Assembly (NCBI RefSeq): GCF_003918875.1
Contig: NW_025766965.1
Coordinates: 620,001-684,000 of the forward strand
Length of the DNA stretch: 64,000 nucleotides
Direction of reading: 5' to 3'
From: Haliotis rubra
Lineage: Eukaryota
The translations under genes were made by a program, and so were the position numbers. Of this stretch, positions 1 through 13,224 are shown piece by piece. The notes below the pieces were generated by a model that did no database searches, was not told the DNA's origin, and saw only the letters and a program-made list of their open reading frames with translations. The first letter of the stretch is position 1. Each line of letters opens with the position of its first letter.

Positions 1-987
1 CTTCTCTGACGTCACGAAGGGCCATCTTTCAGCGTCTTGGGATAGTTTTCTTAAATCGTTGATGAATTAAACGAAATTACTTGTAAATATTCCGCACCTG
101 ATCCAAATATCGCTCCTCGACCATGCGGTCCTAATTTAGTTAAGCCACGGTGCCTCCGCCGCCGGTTCCAAGCTCGCCACTCCGACGATCATATTAACAA
201 TATCTGTTTTAATTAACGTTTTCTATAACGCTTTAAAGGGATTATTTCTCCATTTGGAATCTTCGTGCATGGTTTCTTCTCGTGCACCAGAAAAGCCTGC
301 TTTGGAATATGTTCAGACGGAGATAGCAGCCTAATTTATCTTCCAAGACGGACCTAATGAATTTCCAATTTGGGCGATTATTGAGTAAAACACTCGCGAG
401 GTTGATACAAACATCTCGCTTCGTTAGTGCCATCTCGCATCCAGTCGGACGGAGCAAAACATATTCTCATTACGCATCCCCAACACTTAAGGACCCGGTC
501 GGTTATCAAATTTTACCCAGTCCCCTTTTTGGCTCAAGCAAAGCTTTTGGAAAGATTGATCAAGAACATTAGATTTGTCTCTCAATATCCACGGATGAGG
601 AGAGTAGCCGGTTTCGGTAAAGCTCAGGCAACTGATCAGCCATATTGTTAGAGACTGGAATGGCTTTGGATATTATGCTCAAACATGCTACAAGGCTAAA
701 CAGAGCGCCCTTAGGAACTTTGGGGGTTCATGTGATTTGTTGTTTAAACATTCCGCTCTGATCGTTCATTTGCTTAAAAGCTGGGTCTGTCAGAGGTCGG
801 TTTTTAAGTCTTACAAAGAAATTAGTTGCTCTGTGAAGTCGATTTTATGAAAGTTTGCTGGAATATAATTATTTAGTGTTTTGTGGAGAATGTCATTTTA
901 AATCACAGTGTTTATCGTATTACGTATTTGCGTTTTTAATTGTGTGTGATATTAAACCAATATTTTATTTCTTTCAGTTAGACCAAA

Positions 988-1125
988 ATGGGCGTGGTTC
1001 CAGTATCAGATATTGACTATGGGCAGATATTCGGGCCATTTCCTTCCCATCTTGCAATGGCGGATCCTGCATATCTCATTGCGATGCTAACAAATGACAA
1101 GAGACAAGACGGAGTTATCATTAAG
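988..1125 (+). CDS. PRDM8: PRDM8-like PR/SET zinc-finger protein, coding exon 1
   Basis: Acceptor tttcag ends at 977 and an in-frame TAG at 979-981 makes ATG 988 the start. MGVVPVSDIDYGQIFGPF resembles the PR-domain start. Donor AAG|gtaaaa at 1125/1126, phase 0. Confidence 0.85.
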
Positions 1126-1410
1126 GTAAAAATCTTCAATACCGAGGGAATGTCTGGCAGAGGGCAACAACCGATCTCTAGGTGCCGTTCATATTTCTGT
1201 ACAAATTCCACTCATGACATATCCTGCATATTGATACCGTAGGTTGTCTGGAAGATTAATTCATGCAAGAAGTTTAAATATTCGAATTTCAAATAACGAA
1301 TAATCGGATATTATTAAACGTATTTAGATTGCATACCAGTAGTGGTTTGAATGATATGTTATACGGAGATAGGGACGCGAAAAACTATGTGAAGTTCACA
1401 TCAACACTTG

Positions 1411-1557
1411 AGTAGTGGTTAATGCGTTCGCTCATCACGCCGAAGACCCGGGTTCGATTCCCCACATGGGCACAGTGTGTGAAGCCATTTCTGGTGTCCC
1501 CCGCCGTGATATTGCTGGAATATCGCTAAAAGCGGCGTAAAACTAAACTCACTCACT
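1411..1557 (+). mobile_element. tRNA-derived SINE family A, in PRDM8 intron 1
   Basis: tagtggttaa A box and gggttcgattccc B box, shared body, (ACTC)n tail. Confidence 0.85.
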
Positions 1558-1864
1558 TACCATCACCATAGCAGAGACAGACACCTGAACTCCCTGTATG
1601 CCACGGGGACATATGTGTCCCTCATCTTCCACCCTTACTGTGAAGTCGAATAAAATAATTATATCACTGACAGAAATACGCACAGTTTGGATTTTTGCGG
1701 GAAATTCGGAGGTAGATCAATTGATACGCGAGTGCAATTCTTGCGCAGTATTTTTTCAGTTGTTACAAAAATATGAGTCAGCAAGTCGTCATCCAGGAAA
1801 CAGGAAAACCCTTTTTAATTAAAGTCGTTGTCGCATCCCCTCAATTGCCATGGTTCTTCTTCAG

Positions 1865-2093
1865 TTGGATCTCTCTGAGCGGAAGGAAGGAATCAAGGCC
1901 GTTGACTGGCTGCCCTACATTCACCCAGCCCGAAACGAGGAGGAACAGAATGTAGAGGCCTATATGAAGGAGGGCCAGGTGTACTACAGAACCCTCCGGA
2001 TCGTGAAGGCAGGGGAGGAGCTGTTGGTCTGGTACAGCAAGGACTTCTGTCAACTCCTCAATATCCCCGATGTCAAAATGCACATACCCAAAG
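1865..2093 (+). CDS. PRDM8: PRDM8-like, coding exon 2 (PR/SET core)
   Basis: ttcttcag|TTG acceptor. WLPYIHPARNEEEQNVEAY...YYRTLRIVKAGEELLVWY is the PR-domain signature. Donor AAAG|gtaagg, phase 1. Confidence 0.93.
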
Positions 2094-3117
2094 GTAAGGG
2101 AGTTTCACCTTTACACACGTGCGTCTGAAGTCCTGAGCTCAGTTTGACTGAAGTCGTGACCTCAGATAAACAGTGATAATCCTTTGACCATGCTTATGTT
2201 GGGTCGTCCTATAAGGCATGTGTGCCTCATTAAAACCACTGGCCGTGGGATAAGGTCCACGATGAATCTAAAAGGGAATGAGTCTGGTTTTATGCCGCTT
2301 CAATTCTAGTAGTATCACGATTAAGGGCGCCAGAGATTGGCATCGTATATTGTATCCTTTTGGGGAATCGAACCAGGGCCTCTGGCGTGACAAGCGAACG
2401 CTTTTGGGTACATGTACCATTATATCGTAGTATGGATAATCGTGATACTTCATCTGACGGTAAATGTATCGATACTTTTTTTCGTATCGTGATGTATCGT
2501 TGACTTTAAAATTGTTAATTTAGTAATTGACGGTTATGTCAAAATCTACACTGTTACTTGCTATCAAAAATATGGTTTTAAAGAAAATAACTAAAGGTAG
2601 CATATCATGATATGCATCGAATCGAATTGTATCGTTCCAAGATATCGCGATACGTATCGTATCGTAACGTGAACTTTCTGTATTGTCACACCTCTATGTA
2701 CCAAATACAGTATGAATGAGGGCGGATGGGCCAAGTTATTCAGTCTGGTAATTTCGTGAACTGTCTGTTTGGGTATCTGGTTGACGGAATATCTGAGATA
2801 GATCGATGGTGACACTATCGACCTCTGATCCAGACTGGTCTACAAGCGTTCCGTTCTGTACATATTCCTATTTTTATCTGCTTATGGGGCGGAGCCTTGG
2901 ATCACCTGTATGATCTGACGGACAAAAAGAAACGATACACTCATTTTTGATAGTGGCTAAAAGGAAGAATGGTTATGAGACGGTCATATCTTTAATACGG
3001 GTATTATGGTTGTGCTTTGGAACTACGTTTGCATTTATTTAGGCGACTAGTGACGTTTTGATAATGTTGTTATGGTTTGGTGTGAATTTTCAATTGCGCA
3101 GCATTTCAGCATTAAAA

Positions 3118-3283
3118 TGAGTGAGTGAGTTTTGTGTTACGCCGCTTTTAGCAATATTCCAGCAATATCATGTCTGGGGACACTAGAAATGGGCTTCACG
3201 CATTTTATCCACGTGGGGAATCGAACCCGGGTCTTCGGCGCGACGAGCGAACGCTTTTAACCACTTGGCTACCACACCGTCCC
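3118..3283 (-). mobile_element. SINE family A, in PRDM8 intron 2
   Basis: Full-length reverse complement of the family A consensus. Confidence 0.88.
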
Positions 3284-3436
3284 TTTAGCATGTAGAATGT
3301 GGTTAGCAATTTATTGAGTTTGATTCTTTATAGACACGGAATATGATATTTTCTTAATATGTAAAGTAATGATTTATGAAATTGAGGTCTTAGGTGTAAA
3401 TGTTCAAATATTAAGTGATATATTTTTTGTTTCCAG

Positions 3437-4632
3437 ACGAAGGGTTCATATGCCCACAGTGTGGTGAAGTTTTCGAGTACGTGTTTCCAATGAGGGCTCA
3501 TCTCAAGTTCCGGTGTACTATGAGGGCGGCGGACATGCGCAGTTTAATTCATGATGCTTCCGCAAAACGACACCTAGTAATTTCAGAACTGAGATCCAAA
3601 GAGCGTGTTGCCTCGGACAATTATAAATGTGAAACAGATTTATTGAGAGACAGCATTCCAAACAGGTCCGGAGACAGTCCTGATTCAATTCCACTTGAAC
3701 TTTCACCAAGGAGAAAAGACATTTCAGAATCTAATAGTTCACGGAAACGACATTTATCTAGAGACATTTCTCCACCTGAGAAGAAAAGTTGTACTGAAAG
3801 TAAAAGTTCTGTGTCTTCGATGAACAAGGATATTGACGTTGAGCGATTATCTCCCCCTAGCACGAAACTCAATGACTTTGATCATCACTCTGACGGAGCA
3901 AGTGCATTTAGGAAAGTGGAAAAATCTATGTCACCAGTTCAAGAACAATTGTCACCAATTCACCCAGTCTCATCAAGTTCCGTGTCTCTGTCAAATAGAA
4001 TGTCTGTTCATAATGCTGTTCGAAACCCTAGTATGTCTATACCGTCATCAACTGCGTCACATCCGGCTGTGCGGGATGCTGTGCAGCAGAATCAGCTGCT
4101 TGGACTATATATGCCCCGTCTTCCATTGATGCCGCAGCTCCCCCTATCGACCAATCTGGCTGCTTCAACGACCATGTACGCCGAACGGGCACCTGTTCGT
4201 TTTGCTGAAATGTGTCGGACACAGGTGCCGGGGCCTCTGACAGAGAGCTTTGCCAACGTACGAAACAGTGACAGTAACAGCGAACTATTTGTCAAACAAC
4301 AACAGCTGCTGTTTGCGGAGAGGGCAAGCATGAGTTACCCCGCGTATTTGAAAAGCCAGAACCCGATGGTGGAAAAAATGATTCATAGTGGGACGAATCC
4401 CACTCAGATCAATTCCCCCGTAGCCGCAATGGACCTGTCACAGAACTGGTGCGCCAAGTGCAACGCCACCTTCCGGATGACTAGTGATCTCGTCTATCAC
4501 ATGAGATCTCATCACAAACGAGAGTTCGACCCGGTGAAGAAGAAGCGTGATGACAAGCTGCGGTGTAACATTTGTAGCGAGACTTTCCGAGAGCGGCACC
4601 ATTTGACGAGGCATATGACGTCACACGTATAG
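3437..4632 (+). CDS. PRDM8: PRDM8-like, coding exon 3 (C2HC finger, linker, two C-terminal C2H2 fingers); total about 520 aa
   Basis: tttccag|AC continues phase 1. CPQC...AHLKFRC and QNWCAKCNATFRMTSDLVYHMRSHH...CNICSETFRERHHLTRHMTSH are nearly identical to the vertebrate PRDM8 C-terminus as I recall it. Confidence 0.95.
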
Positions 4633-6016
4633 AACTCGCATAGACGCTGTTATAGAGATTATGCTTATATACTAAAGCTGCTAAGATATAAACAATGAGT
4701 GGATTTGTATCTGCATCTTGCGTTAGTCTATCACGTCTAGGCTTGTGTACCATGTCTAGTCCTCATATTTCAAGTGGTTATCGTAGAATTGTTATTCTCG
4801 TTCTATAGTAATCTGTTAAACCAACGTTATTACGTACTTCACGGTGCATTATTTCGGAATAAAACTGATGAAATGTTGGATAGAACATATAAAAACAAAA
4901 GTCTTTTTTGCTTAAAGAAAATATAAACACATAAGCTTTAATAATGGACAACGTATGACAAAGTCAAAAGGCCAAACAATATCAGTCTATGCGCCATTCA
5001 AACAATTCATGAAACGAAGCTATACAGTATTATTGACATTGAGGCACCGGTGATTAATTGGATGGTTTCAGCCCAAGAAAGGGACCAGTATTTCATTACA
5101 AGATTAGGGGTGGGGACTCCGAGGTTTCTGGTACACTTATGAACTGAAAATAATGACTCTTCCCCAATGGTTATCATATGTTGGAATGGCTATTTATGCC
5201 CATGTTCATTATTGTTCACCTTCTCCGAGAAGACAAAGCCCAAAGAGCTATATATTCTTTACCCAAACTTTGTTATGACCCTCTGCAAACATGTGTATCA
5301 TTTTTTTAGGACCCACCCTCATTTTTTTCGTTGCCTTTATCCCTGGTCCCCTCTGGCTCACCCACCTCTATAAGCAATAACCGGTTCTTGACACCTGCCA
5401 GCAGAAAACATAGGTTATGAACGGTGCGTCGAAATAAACATCGTACCACAATATTTATTGGTGATACGCTTAAATTAACATCCACGTATCCCTTTTATGT
5501 CGAGCGATTAATAATTCGTGACGTGCAAGTTTATTCTCTACGAACAGATGTTCGGAATTCATCATTCCGAAAATACAGACGCCATATATTTTGTTAAGAA
5601 ATTGACAGATTTCGTTATTACATTAAATGTAGAAATTAAATATATTTATGTTGATGTCCAGCTGTTTTGCATTATTATGATACTCTGCACTTTGAAATAA
5701 TTAGCTTCGTCATGAGCCGTGGTATGAGTTTGGAAATCGCTCTAGAAAGTTGAGTTGATTAGTTCCCGTCAGTTTGAATGTCCCTGTAGGAGACTGGTGG
5801 AATCTGTCCAGTGTAATGTATTGTATAACACTGTCCTTGCTAACGTACGATGTGAAGTTGCACTAATATAACAGCTATTATAGACATGTTACGTGGTTAC
5901 AATAAAATTGTATATTATCATAAAAATGTTTTTGTTTGTATTTGTGTCTCAATTATACGTGTACGATCCCGTGATCATGATTGGGTTTTTGTGAAACATG
6001 CCTGCAATATTAAGTG

Positions 6017-6660
6017 AATGTTACGGTCACGGTGCTTTATGAGTGTGGTTGTAAGCCTGTTGTAGCAGGTAACTGTCACTGAGTGAGTGAGTTTATACAT
6101 GCTATATCAATGTTACGGTCACGGTGCTTCAAGAGTGAGCATGGATGTCTGTTGTATCAATGTTACGGTCACGGTGCTTCAAGAGTGAGCATGGATGTCT
6201 GTTGTATCAATGTTACGGTCACGGTGCTTCAAGAGTGAGCATGGATGTCTGTTGTATCAATGTTACGGTCACGGTGCTTTATGTGTGGAAGCCTGAGGTA
6301 ACGGTCATGTCTGTTACATATCAATGTTACGGTCACGGTGCTTCAAGAGTGAGCATGGATGTCTGTTGTATCAATGTTACGGTCACGGTGCTTCAAGAGT
6401 GAGCACGGAAGTCTGTTACATGTATATCAATGTAACGGTCACGGTGCTTGAGGAGTGGGCATGTAAGTCTGTTTGTTACGGTCACGGTGCTTCGTAAGTG
6501 AGGTTGTACGGCTTTTGTAGTGTAACGGTATTTGTGACTGTTGTTACGGGGCTTTGAGAGTGGGCATGTAGCATGTTAACGGTAACTGACGTTGTAGGGC
6601 TTTTGTAGCATGTAACGGTATTTGTGACTTATATCAATGTTACAGTCACAATGCCTCATG
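6017..6660. repeat. 50-bp minisatellite with degenerate flanks
   Basis: tgttacggtc recurs at 6111, 6161, 6211 and 6261. Confidence 0.9.
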
Positions 6661-8585
6661 AGTGAGTGAGTGAATAAGTGCCGAAGGAGTGCTTCACGAT
6701 TAAGTGAGTGAATGGACTTTTCGCCAACATTTCAAAACACAAGCTTGCTAAGAAATCGTCTCTGACTAAAGAAACCAATGGTTGATAGTGTGAGCACCGC
6801 ACCACCGTGTAACTATATTCACATATACATATGGAACATGCCCACACATTTCTTTCTCAATGTGACCTCTCTATATGATATACACAGGGACACTACAACC
6901 ATCCAGTGCTCATTTATTCTCACCTTTGTTCTTCACTGAATGTAGGACCTAGGCGCAGTGTGGTGGGGAATATAACAGTGAGTGAGCTTGGTTGTACTTC
7001 GCTTTAAGAGTATTTTACGGCGGGGATATCACAAACGGGCTCCATGTGCGAAATCGAACAAGGGTTTCGGCCTGACGATCGGAAGCTGTAACCGCTACCC
7101 TACCCCTCAGGTGAACCACTAAAATATTCTTAGTCAGCATTATTAACAAGGAATTTAATGGGCAGTTATTTATCCACTGGTTGCTAAAGACGCGTTATCT
7201 ATTGTCATGTACACAAACAAATAAACTTGTCTCACCCCATCCAGGATTACTGTTGAATCGAATACGATATATGACCGACCGTATGCTAACGATGAGGTCA
7301 TAATCTGCACCATATAAAGGCACGAGCGGAGAGAAATATAATTTGGACAGTCGGGCAAGACACTGAAGTTTTCCAAGGCCGTGAATTATGTGTCTGAGGT
7401 CGCGGCTAGACGGATGTAACAGAAGAAACGAACAAGCCCAAGGGAGTACTTGGATGTGCTTTAACGATAATGTTATGGCAATGGGGAGGCTGCGCAGTAA
7501 ACTGGTTTACTGTCTTTTTATCGTTTGTACTATGAATAATAACAGGGTAAAGGTTTGCAGAATGGAGGCCGTATATTCACAGTTGACAGTCACACAAATG
7601 GGATGGTTTTAAACATTTGTGGATTGTTTGAAGAAACAAATATGTCGAATTTTGGTTTATTCAAAACTGGAATACGGTCTAGTTATTATCCTGAGACGCT
7701 GAGATAAAACTGACACGTTGTACGCTATTAGGTAAATTATTACCTGATTTATTGATAATTTCGTACCATTTCAAAGAACGGAGATACAAAGCGGCGCTTG
7801 AAAGACTTGGTCAAAATTTGCTTCGACTGACAACTGAGCCGTTAGTCGCCTCTTACGACAAGCATGAGTTGCTGAAGACCAATTCTAACCCGGATATTCA
7901 CGGGTCCTGCTCGTAAGAGACTATTAAAGGTCCGGGTTGGCAGACAAAGGAACTTGGTGGCTATGTTCATAATATCGATCACTGGATTATTTGGTAGAAT
8001 ACAGCTGGATTAATGAGCGTTAAACATGAAATCAATCTTACCCTATAGTCTTTCATTGATAAAAAGTAACAAAACACTTCAATTAAATGAATTCACCGAC
8101 TCAAAATATAAGATTGCAAAAAATACCGTTTTATATCAATAAGTTTAAAAAATAAGACAAAATCGAAATATAGGTAAAATATTAAACTTTTAGTTCAACT
8201 TTGAATGACCGTTGAAGGAGTTACGTCCCTTCCCTTATCGGTCTGAAATGGGTGTTAACGTCAGTTGTTGAAGTTGGTTACACATTTGTTCAATTGTATT
8301 CGCCAAATACAACTAATTAAACAAACGTCACTTCGTGGAATGTTAGGTAATTCCACAAGCAAATATACCTGAAATTTGGTGCAAGACGACATTTCAGTTG
8401 ACACAGTCGCTGTGGTATCATTAAGTTACAAGTTTTACTGACATTTACAGCAAGATATCTTACTACTCTGTAAAAAGCTGACACACAAGCACTTGATATA
8501 GTTATTGCCTTCTGTCATTCAACGGCATATAATTTTGTTGACAAATGACCAACGAGCACACAAAAAATAGCATATAGTCATTTCA

Positions 8586-8749
8586 GAGTGAGTGAGTGTG
8601 GTTTTACACCGCTTTTAGCAATATTCCAGCAATATCACGGCAGGGGACACCAGAAATTGGCTTCACACATTGTACCCACGAGGGGATTCGAACCCGGGTC
8701 TAAGGTGTGACGAGCGAACGCTTTAACCATTGAGCTACCCCCACCCCCC
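8586..8749 (-). mobile_element. SINE family A
   Basis: Full-length match to the other copies. Confidence 0.88.
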
Positions 8750-8777
8750 AAGTCATTTTAGAATGGTTTATTCATTA

Positions 8778-8898
8778 TATACTCATGCCAATAATGGTTG
8801 TCACCCCCACCCCAACCCCACACATCTCACACCCCACCCCACCCCCTCTCCAATTAAAAAAATTGAAGGGGGTGACAACCATTATTGGCATGAGTATA
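8778..8898. mobile_element. TA-flanked MITE (Tc1/mariner-type)
   Basis: About 30-bp perfect TIR: tatactcatgccaataatggttgtcacccc / ggggtgacaaccattattggcatgagtata. Confidence 0.8.
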
Positions 8899-10135
8899 TT
8901 TACGATATATGTATATATATTGCCTGTATGCAAATATATGGTACACATTTGGAACAAATATACAGGTACCATTATATACGTACAGTGTACACTTTAAAAC
9001 ACAGTCCACCTTGTCTTTGATACATCAGTGACAAAAATAATGTCCGATGCAATTCCCTATTGATTTGTACCACACATTCTCGATTTATTTAGGTGACCAG
9101 TTGACTAGAACTTGCATGTGTTTATGACCGGTTCCACCGGTGGGGCAGGATACGGTCACCTTTTCGCGAACACCTGGTATTATCACTATTTCATAGTGAT
9201 TCCTAAACACATGCTCTGTCATTGTATCGCATGGTGACAATCGCTGGATTGTCTGGTCCAAACCCGATTTGTTTACAAACAAGATTGTACAGCTGTAATA
9301 CTGCTGACACAAATACTAAGTATATAATCATGAGGTTGTCATAATTGTACAATCGTCTCTGCTTTTAGCAGAGGTTTTATGGATGATAAAAAGGGTTTTG
9401 TCGCTTCTATTTACATAGCCTTCTTTAACATAGTCGTTTTACGTTGCACTGGGATTTTACAATTTTCGAGATATCACACTTTGCTGCTAAAATCAACTGT
9501 CATTTTGACTCTGTTTGCTGCGAAGCAACGTGTTGTGGTTGATATACGCGTCAGCTTTTTATTGTTGATAAGCGATTGGGTGGTGACATTCTGCTGACAT
9601 GCTATATAGCACTGTGAAGGTGATTTTGCCAGTTATCCGGAACAAACACCGTACACATTCTTACGAGGAATATGTTTGTTGGATGGCTGGTTGTTGTGCA
9701 TCGCCGAATCAGCAATATTGCATCTATATGGCGGCGGTCACGAGGAATATGTGCCCTCGCTGTTCAAAGTTGCGTCCCTTAGATTTGCAAGGACACGGTG
9801 ATTCGTTTGTTCGAATTTCAGATGATTAAAATCAACCGCACAAACTCACTCACTCACTTGCATATTACACCAGCACATCAACAACAACGATTAACCGTAT
9901 TAGTAAGCACAATGCACGGATTGGCGTCAATAAAACAGTTACATGTAAAAAAGAAATTAAAAAAAAGATATCAAACCAATGGGTACTTATATAAGTTCAG
10001 TTCATAACTATGACATCACAAGTGTATGATAATATTGTTAGGGATCTCGGCGTATTTTAAGCTAATCAAATCACTGATAATTTGTGACCATTTAAACATA
10101 GGGACGGTGATTACTCGTCAAGCAGCTTTAATACG

Positions 10136-10283
10136 TTAAAGCATCCGCTCGTCACGCTGAAGATGGGCCTTTAATGGTTCGATTCCCCACTTGGGTATAA
10201 TGTATGAAGCCCATTTCTGGTGTCCCCCGCTGTGATATTGCTGGAATACTGCTAAGAGCGGCGTAAAACTATACTCGCTCATT
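10136..10283 (+). mobile_element. SINE family A (diverged)
   Basis: B box, body and tail are recognisable. Confidence 0.8.
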
Positions 10284-11040
10284 CAATATTTAGACTATCT
10301 TTCATATTGTGGGAGAGAAATGCTACGCATGTAGTGCCCGTTGTTGATGTCAATGACTGAGCACAATATATATATTCATAAATCAGATCTGTTGTTGCGA
10401 AGTGGAAGTAAGATCACGTGTAACTTGTGAGCTAATCCAATGGTGCGTAACTATGGCCTTGCTATGCATGTTCGATTTATGGGCTTGGATCTCCATTCAG
10501 CATGTAAAATTTCACGAAAAACGAAAGACACAAATCAGATGCGAGATTAACGGAAGGTATTTTATGACGCTTCGTTCAGTTGGTGTTTCTCGTTTTCTCG
10601 CCACGGTCAAGTGTCGAAAATGGTTATGCTTCTTGTGTTGTCGTTATTAAAGGTATAACATGCTCTTTTAATACGTCAGCATCAAATTATCACTTCAGTT
10701 AAATAAAGCTCTATCGTACATATGCAGTATGGGTAAAATGATCCCTCTAGGTACAGAAATGTACATATGCAGTAGGGTAAAAATGATCCCTCTGTACAGA
10801 AATGAAAACTCCGAAAAGAGCACATGCACATTTGACTGCTGGTATACTACACACATGTTTTGGTTTCGTTTGGTTTAATTTGATGTTTTACGCTGCACTC
10901 AGCAGTATTCCAGCTGCGGTGGTCTGTAAATAATCGAATCTGGACCAGCCAATCCAGTGATCAACAACATGAGCATCTTGATCACTGGATTGTCTGGTCC
11001 AAAATCCGATACTCATTCTGTACTGTGACAGTCTGTTCTC

Positions 11041-11199
11041 AAGGAAGGATAACAATATATGGATGAACAACATCTTTATTGCTGTGAGAGCGACGTTTCG
11101 GTGTGGGTTCTAACACCGTTATCAAGCAGAACCTACACCGAAAACGTCGCTCTCACAGCAATAAAGATGTTGTTCATCCATATATTGTTATCCTTCCTT
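11041..11199. mobile_element. Inverted pair of Penelope-like terminal repeat fragments carrying a hammerhead-like motif
   Basis: About 70-bp inverted arms. gaaacgtcgc...aataaaga.gttgtt..tccata is shared with the Penelope terminus at 27900-27980. Confidence 0.75.
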
Positions 11200-11536
11200 A
11201 CTGCTCCAACTTCTAAATGCCTCTCAAAGAAGTCTGTTCTCAGTATTGTTACAACTGTGATTGGGTGAGTGAGTTTAGTTTTACGCCGCATAATATCCTA
11301 GCTATATGGCGGCTGTTACAGCTGTACATGCAGTGGTCGTATACGTCGGCGGGAGGTCTTAGGTTCGATCCACTGGTTGTGTCATACCACAAACATGGTG
11401 CTGGCCAATAGCATTCGTCAGTAAGGAAATAAAGCATAGTCTGGCAGGCTCGAAACCAGTATAACATGTGTGAGTTGGGGGGTATGGTATACCTGTGGCC
11501 TTGCAGTATAAAACCGGCCAAAGTCCGAATAAGTAA

Positions 11537-11698
11537 GTGAGTGAGTATGGTTTTACGCCGCTTTTAGTTAATATTCCAGCAATATCACGGCGGGGCTTAC
11601 CAGAAATGGGCTTCCCATATTGTACCCATGTGGGGAATCGAACCAAGGTCTTCAGCGTGACTAGCGAACGCTTTAACCACTAGGCTACCCCACTGCCC
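11537..11698 (-). mobile_element. SINE family A
   Basis: Full-length match. Confidence 0.88.
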
Positions 11699-11879
11699 TT
11701 AAAGTATCGTGAAAAAAGAGTTGTTTGTTTTAATGAAAAGGTCGTTACACGTTTTTCATAAGTAGATAAGCAAGAACACGAACTGGATCACAATGACCAG
11801 GATTGTAGGTCAGTGAACGCGGACCTCAAGATAAGGTACAGCCTTCGTCACACGCTCGCGGAACTTGTGATCTGAGAGA

Positions 11880-11886
11880 TATAAAA
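11880..11886 (+). promoter_or_regulatory. TATA box of the GH49-like gene, with upstream AGATAAG (GATA) motifs
   Basis: TATAAAA starts 43 nt before the ATG. agataag occurs at about 11764 and 11829. AATAAA at about 13813 follows the stop. Confidence 0.5.
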
Positions 11887-11922
11887 AGTTTGTTTCATAA
11901 TCCGGTTGTATAACCGAGAGAC

Positions 11923-12813
11923 ATGGACGTCCGATCTCTCGTGTTGTTGCTTCATGTGGTGTGTTCCGATGTCATCATCTACCCTGCACCTGACGGGCTA
12001 GCACCTTCAGACAAATTCTCTGTCAATGTTACCCAATCTGGACAACCACCCAGCAGACTGTTTGTATATATCAGCACGTCCGACCACCGTAGCAGTTCAC
12101 CTCTTGAGCCCCCGGGGAGGAGCATGTCATGGACGTCGTTTGCCTTCACAGGCGCTCCCGTCACCATCGAGGTCCATGCTCCCAAAGACTTCAACAACTG
12201 CCTTGTTAGACCTACCAGCTATGGCTACAAGTGCAAGAGACTAGGTCCAAACAGAGCATCATTCACTGTTCTGCAAAATGCCCGGATGATGTCCGTGGAG
12301 TTTGACTACGACTACGGTCTTGGTGTCCGAGACATCACCGACAAACTCTTCGTCTTCGCCGACCCTCCAGAAGTAAACGTTCCATCCCCGACTGACCCAG
12401 GTGTACTGTTCTATGGACAAGGGATCCACAACTTCACCACATCACTGATAGTTGGTCCAGAGATTCGTCAGGTGTACATCGCACCTGGGGCGTACGTCAG
12501 GGGAGGGTTTCAACTGCCGCATGGAAACGTCACAATGCACGGCCGAGGCGTCATCTCCAACGAGAACTTCACCCGTCACGATGAAAGGATAGGCCAATGT
12601 GCAGTGAACTTCATGGAATCCTCCGGAAACGTTTACGAAGGAATAACGATCGCTGACCCATCTAAATTCTTCTTCCTCGCCAATGGTAATGACAACATCG
12701 TCCGTAACGCCCGCATGGTAGCTGCGTGGATGGGGAACACTGATGGTGTCGGGGTTGGAGTTGGCGGAGTGGTGGAGGACAGCTTCATTATAGCGGATGA
12801 TGCCAACATTAAG
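11923..12813 (+). CDS. Secreted GH49/dextranase-like (pectin-lyase-fold beta-helix) glycoside hydrolase, exon 1
   Basis: Signal peptide MDVRSLVLLLHVVCS. Motifs SWTSF, LFVFADP, FYGQGIH, VYIAPGAYVRG, GRGVIS, EGITI, WMGNTDG, DDANIK. Donor AAG|gtacaa, phase 0. Confidence 0.85.
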
Positions 12814-12836
12814 GTACAACAATACATAAAAAACAA

Positions 12837-12992
12837 GTGAGTGAGCATGGTGTTATGCCCCTTTAGCAATATTCCAGGAATATCATTGCAGGGGACACCA
12901 TGGGCTTTACAGGTTGTACTCATGTGGGAAATCGAAGCCAGGTCTTCGACGTAAATCGCGAACGCATTAACACTAGGCTAACAGACCGCCCC
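12837..12992 (-). mobile_element. SINE family A in the GH49-like intron
   Basis: Diverged full-length copy. Confidence 0.8.
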
Positions 12993-13224
12993 TAATAAAC
13001 AACAGGGCAATAGATGTATTGCATGAGGCGTTTGTTCTGTGAGGAGCCAATCCAGCAAACAATTTCCTTTTAGTATTCTTTAAGACATATTTGATTTTCA
13101 TTATTGTTGATGATACTAACATTAAGGTACCGTAAAAACCCAATATGCAACAGTTACTACCTTTCTGTTAGACAGATAATGCTTTGTCTTAAGTAGCCGA
13201 AGATTCAGGATATCCTTTTTTCAG

